A stretch of DNA of 64,000 nucleotides. Origin: a virus. Lineage: Duplodnaviria > Caudoviricetes. The translations under genes were made by a program, and so were the position numbers. The notes under the pieces are model-generated. The model did no database searches and was not told where the DNA came from. It saw nothing but the letters and a program-made list of their open reading frames with translations. Where the stretch lies: IMG/VR virus record IMGVR_UViG_3300026549_000043, positions 75,875 through 139,874 of that record. The stretch is one strand, 5' to 3'. Shown here one piece after another: positions 51,843-62,668 of this stretch. Each line of letters opens with the position of its first letter. Position 1 is the first letter of the stretch.

Positions 51843-53858
51843 ATGGCAATTAATAAAGATATAATTTTATTAGATACAGATAAAACCAAGTTATACCCAC
51901 TGGCACATAAGGATAGCGGCAATAATGTTATTGTAGATACTTATGTAAAAAAGGCCGGAGATATTATGACTGGTCCTTTAATTATAGAAGGCACTGCGGC
52001 CAGTAATCCACTGATTGTTAGAGGGATTAGCGGCTCTGATGGTAATGGAAATCTAGGTGATTTATTTCTTAATCGAAATGGAGGAGTTACTTACTTTGGT
52101 ACCTCTGGTGGGGGATATATTTCAGAAGATGGTAAATCATATTCAGGAAATGCTGCTACAGCTACTAAGGCTACTCAAGATGGTGATGGCAATACCATTT
52201 CTACGACGTATGTCAAAGAAGCTGGAGATACCATGACCGGCAGCTTATCATTTAGTAACGCCAATATTGGGGTACAAAGAGTAGGCCGTAGTATGTCTTG
52301 GCATAAAGGTAGAGATGGTGCTTTAGTAAAGACCACATCTATAGTTGGATATAGCCCTACAACTTCAACAAAAACTAATAATGGCTCCTGGGAAATTGGG
52401 GCCTATGATAATTCAAGTTATACTGATGATTTAGTATTTTCATATGTAAAAGATACTGATTACACTAATAATACCAATGCTCATACTGAAATAAAATTCT
52501 TGGAAAACGGTAGTATTGTGGCTAACCTCCAGGGAAATGTTACTGGTAATGTAACTGGAAATGTTACAGGTTCTTCATCTTTAAATGTTTTGAAGGCTGG
52601 GGATACCATGTCCGGTAATCTGTTTTTTGCTAATACTAATAACACAACTACTACTGGTTCTACTCCTTTGGGAATTTATGGCTCAGTAGGAGATAATGAT
52701 GGCTGAAGAATCGTTGGTTTAGGTAGTTCTAATGCTGGTTCATTAGAAATAGCTACTGATGATGACGGTAACGAACCTATTTATGTTAGACAATATAGCG
52801 GAGGCGGAAGTTCAGCTGGTTTTGTAACTATAGCTAGAACTTTAACTTTATTAGATGGTAATGGCAATACTACTATACCTGGAAGTTTACACCTAACTAG
52901 TAATAACGATGCTGCTGGTGGTTCTTTGGGTAGTCCACCACTAATTATAGGTACATCTACCGCACAACATATAGAAATAGATAATAATGAAATATTATCT
53001 AAATCAAATGGTACTACGCCTTCCACTTTGTATTTACAGGATAGTACCGGTGGTGTAGTAGTAGCAGGTTCAGGTGGGTTAAATGTTAATAATGGTAATT
53101 TAGCAGTTTCAGGAACTATTACTTCTACAGGTGCAATTTCAGCTACTGCAGGCAGTATCTGGGCAGGTACTGACGGAAACACGGCGGCAGAGAGAGACCT
53201 TGGTGTACAATCTGGTGCAGGGAGAATTTATTTATATTCGGCTGCAGCCACAAATGGTGCCAGGGGTATTTGGTTAACAGCACATGGTACTGATACTAGT
53301 GGTAAGAATGTTTTATCAGTTGATACCAATAATAATACTACTTTTTATGGTACTTTAAGTGGTACAGCTACTAATGCTACAAATATTAAGATAGCTAGTG
53401 GTACAAATGATAAAAGATATTTGGTTGGGGTTACAGATTACGCTTCTACAAATCAGGCGCCATATATTAGTGCTGAGAATAAATGTTATATGCAAAGTGG
53501 ATATTTGTATTCGAATGGCATAATAGTAAATAGTGTGACAACGGCCACTGGTGTTGTAACTAGATCTAGTGGGTGTACTTTAAAGTCTAGTACCATTAAT
53601 ATAGCTGGTAAAGTAGCACAGCTAAATGTTGTTTTAACAGGACCTAGTGGTTCACAAACTGATGGAACAATAATATTTGTTGGAACCATATCAAATACCG
53701 CATATCGGCCAAAAGCCTCAGCTAGAGGATGCGATACATATGGTACTTCATCTTTGATTGGATGGATCACTACTGGCGGAGAAGTAAATATTCGTGTTAT
53801 GGATGCCGGGACATATAACACTACGCTTGAAATGGCGTTTACCTATATAATTCCATAA
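51843..53858 (+). CDS. Tail fibre protein (671 aa, TGA=Trp)
   Basis: YVKKAGDxMTG repeats and GNVTGNVTG; TGA at 52704 within DG(W)RIVG...EIATDDDGNEPIYVRQY. Confidence 0.8.
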
Positions 53859-53884
53859 AATTAATTTAAGGAAGTGAGTAGACA

Positions 53885-55867
53885 ATGTCTAACATAGAGT
53901 TAAAAAATTTAACAGAGCAAGAAAGAAAAGCTGTATTAGAAATATTAAAAGAATATTCAGATACAGGTAATTCAACTAGTTTGTCTTCTTTGATGTATGA
54001 AGACTGGGATGAAATACCTGTAGATATTACTACTTTTCTTCATAATAGAAAATATTTAGGAAATGCCTTATATGACCAGGAGGGTAAATTTACTTTATTT
54101 CCCTATTGGGAAGAAAAATTAAAAGACATTTTTCCTACTAATACTACTACAAAATATAACACTATTATATTTACTGGGGCAATTGGTTTAGGTAAATCTA
54201 CCATAGCAGTAATTTGTTTGTTATATTTACTATATAGATTACTTTGTTTAAAGGATCCATATTTATATTATGGAATGCAACCTATTGATAAAATAACCAT
54301 TTCTTTAATGAATATCACTATTGAAAACGCTAAGGGTGTTGCCTTAGATAAGATGAATCAAATGATTTTATCTAGTGAGTGATTTATGAATCATGGCGAA
54401 ATGGCGGGTATTTCAAATTTAGAATATAGGCCTGATAAACATATTGAATTAATAGTTGGTTCTAGTAATAACCAGGTTATTGGTAGAGCACTATATGCAA
54501 ACTTCGTAGATGAAGTAAACTGGGGATTAACCAACGATGTAGAGAAATTAAAGAAAAAGCAATTACAATTAATTTCTCAGATTGATGCCCGTATGAAATC
54601 AAGATTTATGAGAGGTACTTATTTACCTACTCTTAATATTATCGCTTCATCAAAGAACAGCGACCAATCTTTTTTGGAATCATTTATAGAAACAAAAAAG
54701 AAAAATGAATCTACAAATACTTTAATAGTAGATGAACCTCAATGGGTAGTAGATTCAAGAAAAGATAGCAAGGAACATTTCTTCGTAGCTATTGGAAATA
54801 AGTTTTTAGCTAACGAATTGATTCCGTTAAATTCTCCAAAAGAATTAATAAGTGAATACCGGGCTAAGGGGTATAATATATTAGAAGTACCTATTGGTTA
54901 TTATGAAAACTTTAAAGAAAATATAGATGGTGCCTTAACAGATATTGCCGGTATTGCTACTGCCTCTAGTTTAAAATATATCTCAGGTATTAGATGGAAT
55001 GAAATAAAAACTGATTCCTATAAAAATCCATTTACCAAAGAAATTATTGAGGTAGGAAATGCTAAAGATGATGTTTCTCAATATCAAGACTATTTTGATT
55101 TAACTAAAGTACCTTCTACTTTAAAATCAAAACCATTATATATTCACCTTGACATGTCTATGTCAGGAGATAAAACTGGTATTGCCGGTGTATATGTGGT
55201 AGGAAAAAGTCCAAAGGTAGAAGGAGAATCTAGTTCAAAAGAAATGTTCTATCAAGTAGCTTTTAATGTATCAGTAAAGGCTCCTAAGGGATATGAAATA
55301 TCTTTTGACAAAAATAGAACTTTTATTAGGTGGTTAAAGCAACAAGGTTTCAGAGTTAGAGGAATAAGCTCAGACTCATTCCAAAGTGCCCAGATCCAAC
55401 AGCAGTTAAATGCTGACGGGTTTAATTCTATTATCGTTTCAGTTGATAGATTAGATCCTACAAGTAAACAATGTTTACCTTACGCCTATTTAAAATCAAC
55501 GATTTATGATAGAAGATTAATAGTTTATAAAGATTGTGATTTCTTGACTGAAGAAGTTCTTGGATTAGAAAGAGAATCTGATGGCCATATTAATCACCCT
55601 GAAGGTGGTACTAAGGGTAGTAAGGACGCCATCGATGCGGTGTGTGGTGCTTTATGGAATGCTTCTCAGCATGCTGATGAATATAGCTATGAATATGGCG
55701 AAAACGCAAATATGGTAGCAGATTTTAATGATTATTTAATGAGCCCAACAGAATCATTTCAAAATAGTTTATTAAATTTAAATGATTCTAAAAATAGACC
55801 AGTAATAGATTTCGGAATGGGTGATGCCGTTGATTATCTCCCATCTGATGGTATAATATTATTTTAA
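53885..55867 (+). CDS. terL: Terminase large subunit (660 aa, TGA=Trp)
   Basis: Walker A GAIGLGKS, then SSE(W)F at TGA 54380, Walker B FVDEVN, nuclease HLDMS..GD.TG and SKDAIDAVCG. Confidence 0.9.
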
Positions 55868-55881
55868 TGGAGGTTATATAA

Positions 55882-57738
55882 ATGCCTAATAATAATGATG
55901 AAACTTTCAATAATATAGATTATAAAAATAAAGCTGTAGCGGTACCACTACCAGATAGAATTAATGATATTGATACTAAAAATACTTTATATAAAAATAT
56001 TATTGATGCAGCTGACAATAATACTTTAGATCTTAGTGATATTAACTCATTTACTTCAATATCTCAATCTAGAGATGAAGTCTATAACTTAATTGATGAG
56101 ATGGCCCAAGACCCAATAATTTCAGTAGCTTTAGATATTTATACCTCTGATGCTTGTGAACCTAATGAACAGGGAAAAATCGTATGGGCAGAAGCTGAAG
56201 ATGAAAGAGTACTTGGAGAAATTGAACACTTATTAGATTATATGAGTGTTGATAAAAATATCTTCGGGTGGATGTATTCATTAATTAAATATGGTGATTT
56301 ATATTTAAGACTTTATAGAGACTCAGAATATAACTCAGATATATTCAAAAAATCAGAAGTATTAAATGAAGATGTAATCTTAAAAGCCTATAAGCAAAAT
56401 GATCACTTCGCTGAATATATGGAAATCGTTAAAAATCCAGCCGAGGTATTTGATTTACAAAGATTCGGTAAAACTGTTGGTTATATTAGATCTCATATAC
56501 AGACTAGATCTCCTAACTCAGATGATATAACTACTCAATATACTAATTTATTTAAGTATAACTTCAATAGAGGAGACGTAGATTTATATCCGGCCACAGA
56601 TTTAGTTCATGCTTGTTTAGAAGATAATTCTAGCCGTACATCCGAAGAAGTAACTATTTTTAATTCTGACTCAAGTGAAGGAGACGGTATTAGCTATTCA
56701 GTTAAGCGTGGCCAGTCGATCTTGTATAATATTTTTAAGATCTGAAGAGAATTATCTTTATTAGAAAATTCAGTATTATTAAATAGAATTACCAAGTCAT
56801 CAATTATTAGAACTGTTTCTGTTGAAGTTGGTGATATGGAAAAGAATGATGTCCAGAAGTTATTACAGAGAATTAAACAGATGATTGAACAGAAATCAGC
56901 TATTAATGTTAATAACTCATATAATGATTATACCAACCCAGGTCCGATAGAAAATGTTATTTATATTCCAACCCATGATGGTAAGGGTGCTATTACTACA
57001 GGGCAAATTGGTGGCGATGTTAATGTCGGAGATCTAGTAGATTTAGATTATTTCAAAAATAAATTATATGGAGCATTAGGAATTCCAAAACAATACTTAG
57101 GTGATACAGATGATGCTACAGGATTTAATGGCGGTACAGCATTATCTCTTACTTCTAGTAGATATGCTAAGACTGTTAAGAGAGTCCAGAATGCAATGAT
57201 CCAGGCTTTAACTGATGCAATTAATTTAATGTTATTTGATAAAGGGTTAACAAATTATATTAATGAATTTAGATTAAAAATGCAGGCACCTACAACTCAG
57301 GAAGAAAAAGACCGTAAAGAAAATTTATCAAGTTCTATTTCAAATATCAGAGAAATTATGAGCTTGGTAGATATGATTGAAGACCCAATTACAAAATTAA
57401 ATATTTTAAAATCATTATTATCAAATACTATCTCAGATATTAATGTAATTACAGCAATCCAGGATGAAATTGAAAGATTGACTTCTGAAGCTGAGGGCGA
57501 AGAACCTGGTGAAGATGAGATGTCTGAGGAATCTGGTGGCAGTGATGAATTTGACTTCGACTTTGGTGGTGAAGAATCTTTACCTACACCAGAAGAATCA
57601 GGTAGTGCTGAAATGGAAATTCCAGAAGAACCAGCTGAAAGCTTTGAAACAGGAGATGGTGAATTATTAACTGAACAATCAGATAATAATTTACCTAACT
57701 GGTCAGAGTTAGGTATGTCATATACTGACACTTTCTAA
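55882..57738 (+). CDS. T4 gp20-like portal protein (618 aa, TGA=Trp)
   Basis: LIKYGD.Y; GQSILYNIFKI(W)RELSLLENSVLLNRITKS across TGA 56743; DLDYFKNKLYGALGIPK. Confidence 0.88.
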
Positions 57739-57782
57739 AAAAAAAAAGAAACTAAGTTGATTTTATCAAATAGGAGGTAAAC

Positions 57783-58253
57783 ATGATTTCTAAAAGTGAT
57801 ATTATTTTACTTTTAACAGAATTACAACAGGATGGAGTAGATGTAACTAAAGAAATCTCTACCCTATATAAAACAGAAAATATCCCGCTCGATACATTAA
57901 AGAAAATAAATAATTCTAAGCCATTATCAGTAATTAAATTTTATGATAAGATTAGGCAGTCTTATAATAAAAAGCATTCAAAGATGTACATTAATATTAT
58001 GAGATCTGATGAAAATGCTATGCAGGACGCTAAAACCATTTTAACTACATTATCTGGATTATTAAATCAGATATTACAATTTGATTGTGATGATAGACCA
58101 ATGTTTTTAAAACATGTTAGAGCTGATGAAATTACCAAGGCTTTGGAAATATATTTTAAAACCTTTAATATAGAACCAGCTTTTAGATTATTAAAATTAA
58201 TTAAGGCTGACGTATATGTAATGGAATTAATTTCAGGACATAGAAAAAATTAA
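57783..58253 (+). CDS. Hypothetical head-module protein
   Basis: 156 aa between portal and protease; RBS aggagg. Confidence 0.7.
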   Translation: MISKSDIILLLTELQQDGVDVTKEISTLYKTENIPLDTLKKINNSKPLSVIKFYDKIRQSYNKKHSKMYINIMRSDENAMQDAKTILTTLSGLLNQILQFDCDDRPMFLKHVRADEITKALEIYFKTFNIEPAFRLLKLIKADVYVMELISGHRKN

Positions 58254-58274
58254 TGGAAAATCTATTATGTCAAT

Positions 58275-58289
58275 GCTAAATTAAATATA
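58275..58289 (+). promoter_or_regulatory. GCTAAATT promoter motif
   Basis: GCTAAATTAAATATA upstream of the protease and capsid genes. Confidence 0.7.
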
Positions 58290-58327
58290 ATATTATAGGA
58301 TATCTTTACGCTGTAAGGAGGAAAATA

Positions 58328-60139
58328 ATGATTAATAAATTAAATGAAAATACCATTTTAAAGTTTAAAAACCTTTCTCCAGAAGAAAAAGAAAAGAAAG
58401 GGATTTTAGGTAGATTATATGGTAAAGTAGCAGATTTTACCAATGGTACTAGAAATGGTAGAAAATACAGTGAACAACTATGGGAAAACCTTTTAAATTC
58501 TGATCTTATTAAAGAAAGATTTGCTAACGGTGGAATCTTTGGTCAATTATGTCACCCAGAATATGAAGAGGTTGACATGGAAAAGATTGCTTGTGTTATG
58601 CCTGAACCTCCAGTAAAAGATAAAGATGGTCAATTGGTAGCTTACGTAGATATCCTAGATACTCCATGCGGAAGAATTGCTTACCAATTAGCTAAGTATG
58701 GATATAAGTTAGGTATTTCAAGCAGAGGTACTGGTGATTTGATTACTGGTCCAGATGGCGAAGAAGAAGTAGATCCAGATACTTATCAATTAAATGCTTT
58801 TGATTTGGTTGAAATCCCTGCTGTTGAAAGTGCTAGACTTTCATTTGTTGAATCTTTAGATAAAAAGAGATATAATAAAACTTTAAGACAAAGTTTAACT
58901 GAATCATTAAATAAAGCTACTCCAGAAGATCGTAAGTTGATGGAAGAATCTTTAAATGATTTAGGTATTGATTTAAATGAAAGTGCTTCACAGGAATTAA
59001 ATAAATATTATCAAGAGTGGAAAGATAAAAATCCAGGCGTTGATTTTGAATCATTATTATCAGAATATGAGAAGGAATCAGGAAAATTATTAAGTGATAT
59101 TATGTACTCTGAAAATGATTACAATAATTTTGTTACCTGGGCTGAAGAAGAAAAAGGTACTCATATAAAAGGTTTAGATGAATCTTTTGATCCTAGAGGA
59201 TATTCTAAAGTAATTAAAGCCATTGGAGATGGAATTGAAAATGATGATAATTTAGATGATTTAAGAGATTATCTACAAAACATTATTGGATATTGCCGTT
59301 CAATTGCTGATGATTATGGTATATTAGTTGAGAATGTGAACAACGACAAAGTTGTTTCAGATACAGACAAGGATGAAGAAGTTGTTGATAACAAATCTGA
59401 TATGGAATTAGTTGCTGAATTCCAGGAATCCTTATTAAAGATTAAAAAATTAGAAGAAGATAATTTGTCACTTCAGGAACAATTATCAGTTGGTAATGCC
59501 AAGGAAATTAAATTAAATGAAGATCTATCTAGATATAAGGAATCTACGATTAGGCTAAGTGATGCAGTAAAGGAACTTAAACCTGTAAAGGAAGAAGTTT
59601 CTAAATTAGAAGAATCACTAAAAGAAAAAGACAAAATTATTTCTACTAATAAATCTAGAATCAATTCCTTAGTTGAATCTAGAAAGAAAGCTCAGTCAGA
59701 GATTGATTCTTTGAAGGAATCTAATGAGGAACTGAATAAGAAAAATTCTTCATTAAATGAGGAGCTTGATAATTCTATTAAAAAATATGAAGTCATGTCT
59801 AAGCAACTAGATAGCTCTAAAAATTTAATAGAAAAATATAAACGTAGTTATAAATCATTAAAAGAAAACTACCTTGAGATCAAGGCTACAAGCTATGGTC
59901 TCAGAAAAGAAGAAGTATTAAAGAAGTTAGATGAATCATATCGAATTAAAGATATTGATGCTGTATGTGAAGAGTTATCACAATTTAAAACCAATATTAG
60001 TAAATTACCATTTAGATTAACTGAGAATACTAAGTTTTCAGTTAAGCCATCTGAAAATGAATATATAAAGGGTAATAGAAATAACTTCGATGATGATTAT
60101 GTAACAAGTTCTTTATTACATCTTGCCGATATAAAATAA
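58328..60139 (+). CDS. T4 gp21-like prohead protease fused to a coiled-coil scaffold
   Basis: NGRKYS, GQLCHP, LDTPCG, LGISSRGTG, FDLV..P; long heptad-rich C-terminus with many LxES sites. Confidence 0.88.
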   Translation: MINKLNENTILKFKNLSPEEKEKKGILGRLYGKVADFTNGTRNGRKYSEQLWENLLNSDLIKERFANGGIFGQLCHPEYEEVDMEKIACVMPEPPVKDKDGQLVAYVDILDTPCGRIAYQLAKYGYKLGISSRGTGDLITGPDGEEEVDPDTYQLNAFDLVEIPAVESARLSFVESLDKKRYNKTLRQSLTESLNKATPEDRKLMEESLNDLGIDLNESASQELNKYYQEWKDKNPGVDFESLLSEYEKESGKLLSDIMYSENDYNNFVTWAEEEKGTHIKGLDESFDPRGYSKVIKAIGDGIENDDNLDDLRDYLQNIIGYCRSIADDYGILVENVNNDKVVSDTDKDEEVVDNKSDMELVAEFQESLLKIKKLEEDNLSLQEQLSVGNAKEIKLNEDLSRYKESTIRLSDAVKELKPVKEEVSKLEESLKEKDKIISTNKSRINSLVESRKKAQSEIDSLKESNEELNKKNSSLNEELDNSIKKYEVMSKQLDSSKNLIEKYKRSYKSLKENYLEIKATSYGLRKEEVLKKLDESYRIKDIDAVCEELSQFKTNISKLPFRLTENTKFSVKPSENEYIKGNRNNFDDDYVTSSLLHLADIK

Positions 60140-60161
60140 AATGAAAGAGGTAAATATTTAA

Positions 60162-60379
60162 ATGGCAACAAATTTATTAGAAAGCTATAAGGGCAGATTA
60201 GCCATTTCTGAAAAGTATTATGCTCAGCAGAATGCTGGTGCTAGAATGTCTAATCAGAAGAAGTTATTAACTGCCGCTTGCTTAAACAATACTGCACAGT
60301 TTATTAATGAAGCATTTGCTAACAGTGTAGGTACTCAGAGAGCTGACTTAGGTAAGTTCAAGCAGTTCTGTATGGATAT
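60162..60379 (+). CDS. Major capsid protein (gp23-like), exon 1
   Basis: MATNLLES...FCMD; the exon end GGATAT pairs with intron GTATCC through a terminal U-G wobble. Confidence 0.85.
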
Positions 60380-60449
60380 AAATTAGGTTGTATCCTTAGT
60401 AAATATAAAAATTAGTTTACCCTTTTATTGAATATGTTTATAATATAAT

Positions 60450-60538
60450 TATAGTTGGGGACAGCAGGTTGCAAACTGTTTCTAGATACCCTATTATTTA
60501 GATTACCCAATTTATATATAAATCTATAGGGAGATAAT
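60450..60538 (+). ncRNA. Structured leader RNA (3-way junction plus RBS pseudoknot), copy 1
   Basis: Four helices, with compensatory changes relative to 61840-61930. Confidence 0.7.
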
Positions 60539-61441
60539 ATGAAAAAACATAGACTTAGTTTAAAACAGGCCTTAGATAGAGTAAATAAAGAAGAATTTGA
60601 AATATCTTATAGAAAAATAGAAAATACTTTATCAGATATTAGTAAATTATTTAATATCTCAGTTAGTATGGTTAAACGATTGGCTGAATATTGGGATATA
60701 TCCTGGAGCAAAGAAGAAATTTCTGCCCGGAAAAAATATAATTCAAGTAAATATGACCATCAAAAGTCTAATTTATTAAGATTAGAAACTAACCTTAATA
60801 GATATGGTACATATAATCCACGGACAATTTTACATCCTGATAGTTATTCTTACGATAAAAATAAAATAGATTTACAACAAAATAAATATAAAGAAACTTG
60901 TAAATCTAAATATGGTACACCATACTATTCACAAACAGATAAATTTAAAAATGGAATGGTTAATTCTTTTAAGAAAACCATGCTCTTAAAGTATGGTGTT
61001 GATCATTTCATGAAAGTACCAGAACTTAAAAATAGAATAATACAGGCTGGTCGAGGAAGCTATTATTATAAAGATTTATATTTTAAATCTTCTTGGGAAT
61101 TAGCTTTTTATATTTTCCATTTAGATAATGGAGATAACATCATTCACAGTAAATTTATTAAACCTTTTAAATATATTTATAATTCTGTTGAGCATAGTTA
61201 TTTCCCGGATTTTATATTAAATGGTGATTATATTGAAATAAAAGGTTGGCAATTCTTAGATAATAATGGAAATTTAATAAATCCTTATAATCATAATTTA
61301 GATGGATTGTCTAGGGCTAAACAAGAATGTATGATAGCTAATAATGTTAAATTACTAACTCAAGATGATATTCAATATTCTATTGATTATATTATTGATC
61401 AATATGGACCTGATTTTTTAAAAAATTGTAAACTAAAATAA
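60539..61441 (+). CDS. Intron-encoded PD-(D/E)XK-type homing endonuclease
   Basis: T...KYG repeats; FKSSWE...YFPDF......IEIKG. Confidence 0.8.
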   Translation: MKKHRLSLKQALDRVNKEEFEISYRKIENTLSDISKLFNISVSMVKRLAEYWDISWSKEEISARKKYNSSKYDHQKSNLLRLETNLNRYGTYNPRTILHPDSYSYDKNKIDLQQNKYKETCKSKYGTPYYSQTDKFKNGMVNSFKKTMLLKYGVDHFMKVPELKNRIIQAGRGSYYYKDLYFKSSWELAFYIFHLDNGDNIIHSKFIKPFKYIYNSVEHSYFPDFILNGDYIEIKGWQFLDNNGNLINPYNHNLDGLSRAKQECMIANNVKLLTQDDIQYSIDYIIDQYGPDFLKNCKLK

Positions 61442-61728
61442 AAATTACTAATAAAAACCCCATTAATTTCTGGAAAACCTTATAGTTGTGGTTAAGGCTA
61501 TAAGACAATCAGAAGCCAAGCTATATAAATTATATAGAAGGTTCAACGACTATCGAAAATATATCCTTTGAGAAATCCATTGGAGAATAAATGAGTAGAG
61601 TACATCTTAGTAAGATGGAAAGATGGGGATGCCAGGTAGAGATAAAGTTTACTTGGTATATAATATAGTCTGAACTATATAGTGATATATAGAGAATAAT
61701 TGGAAACGAATTATTCGTAACATATTTG

Positions 61729-61753
61729 TACTACATTAACCATGCCAAACCTT
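61729..61753 (+). CDS. Major capsid protein, 25-nt exon 2 ((I)TTLTMPNL)
   Basis: Lies between the terminal G of intron 1 and the CCTT/GAGG P1 of intron 2; supplies the gp23 PNL motif. Confidence 0.82.
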
Positions 61754-61839
61754 TAAACAGTAGAGGCATTAATTAGTGATAATTAATGGAAAGCATTTAA
61801 TTTCTAATAAAGTTTACATAGCCAAATATATAATATAAA

Positions 61840-61930
61840 ATAAATAAGTGGGACAGTAGGTTCGAAACTATTTCTAATTACCGCATTAATTAGATTACCA
61901 CTATTTATACATTACTATGCGGGGTAAATT
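61840..61930 (+). ncRNA. Structured leader RNA, copy 2
   Basis: Same fold as 60450-60538; loop CCGCAT pairs with ATGCGG at the RBS. Confidence 0.7.
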
Positions 61931-62668
61931 ATGATTATATATAAAATAACAAATTTAGTAAACAATAAAATTTATATTGGTCAAACTAGAAATTCATTAA
62001 ATTCTAGATGAAGCTGTCACATTAGAGATAGCAAATACGCTTCAACCGGTATTGATTCAGCTATCAGAAAATATGGAAAAGAAAATTTCAAGGTTGAGGT
62101 ATTAGACGATACCGCTTCTTCACTGGAAGAATTAAATAATTTAGAAATATATTATATAAAGTTATATAATTCTACTAATAATAAAATAGGTTATAACCAA
62201 ACTACTGGTGGCGGTGGAATCTCAGGCTATACTCATAACGAAGAATCCAAGTATAGATGTGGATCTTCATTTAGAGGTAAAAAAAGAATTAAAACAGTTG
62301 ATCAAGTAGATAAGTGACGTATAACATTTTATAAGAATAATAATCATATAAAGAGTGAAGAATTCTGTCGTAAACAAAGTGAAAATTTAAAATTAGCTTA
62401 TGCATCGGGTAGAAGAAAACCAAATGGAAAAGGAGTCGGCGGTAGAAAGCCAATGTCTGAAGAAGAAAAAATAAGAAATAGCGTTACTCAAAGTGGAGCC
62501 AAAAAGATGTTTCATAAAAAATTGGAAATTATTACACTTGTTTATAAAGATGAAATATCTGACAGATTATCCGAGGAATTTGAATTTTGTACAAAATCAA
62601 ATAACTTTATATGAAAAGATTATAAATATGTAAAACGTAAAGAATTTAAAATGCTAAAACCCTTTTAA
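61931..62668 (+). CDS. Intron-encoded GIY-YIG homing endonuclease (245 aa, TGA=Trp; absent from the ORF track)
   Basis: MIIYKITNLVNNKIYIGQT...R(W)..H...AIRKYG.ENF...E..YI...GYN...GG; TGAs at 62009, 62315, 62612. Confidence 0.9.

Larger units (their letters stand above)
60380..61728 (+). mobile_element. Group I intron 1 in the capsid gene (1349 nt)
   Basis: P1 with U-G; P7 GACTAT 61548-61553 / ATAGTC 61665-61670; P3 cccatt/gatggg; terminal G; splicing restores the frame. Confidence 0.88.

Noticed and set aside
60450-61930. Leader RNA as a tRNA, suppressor tRNA, hammerhead or HDV-like ribozyme
   Set aside because: Despite the T-loop-like hairpin there is no cloverleaf or anticodon arm, no CUGANGA/GAAA core and no evident HDV nested double pseudoknot. 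I saw no tRNA gene anywhere in the window by eye.
4125-62614. Purine bias after recoded TGA codons as a read-through signal
   Set aside because: Most codons in these genes begin with a purine anyway, so the bias cannot be separated from background without statistics.
3927-62668. Treating TGA-broken ORFs as pseudogenes or selenoproteins
   Set aside because: The breaks are in frame, always TGA, and fall at conserved Trp (not Cys) positions in essential genes.
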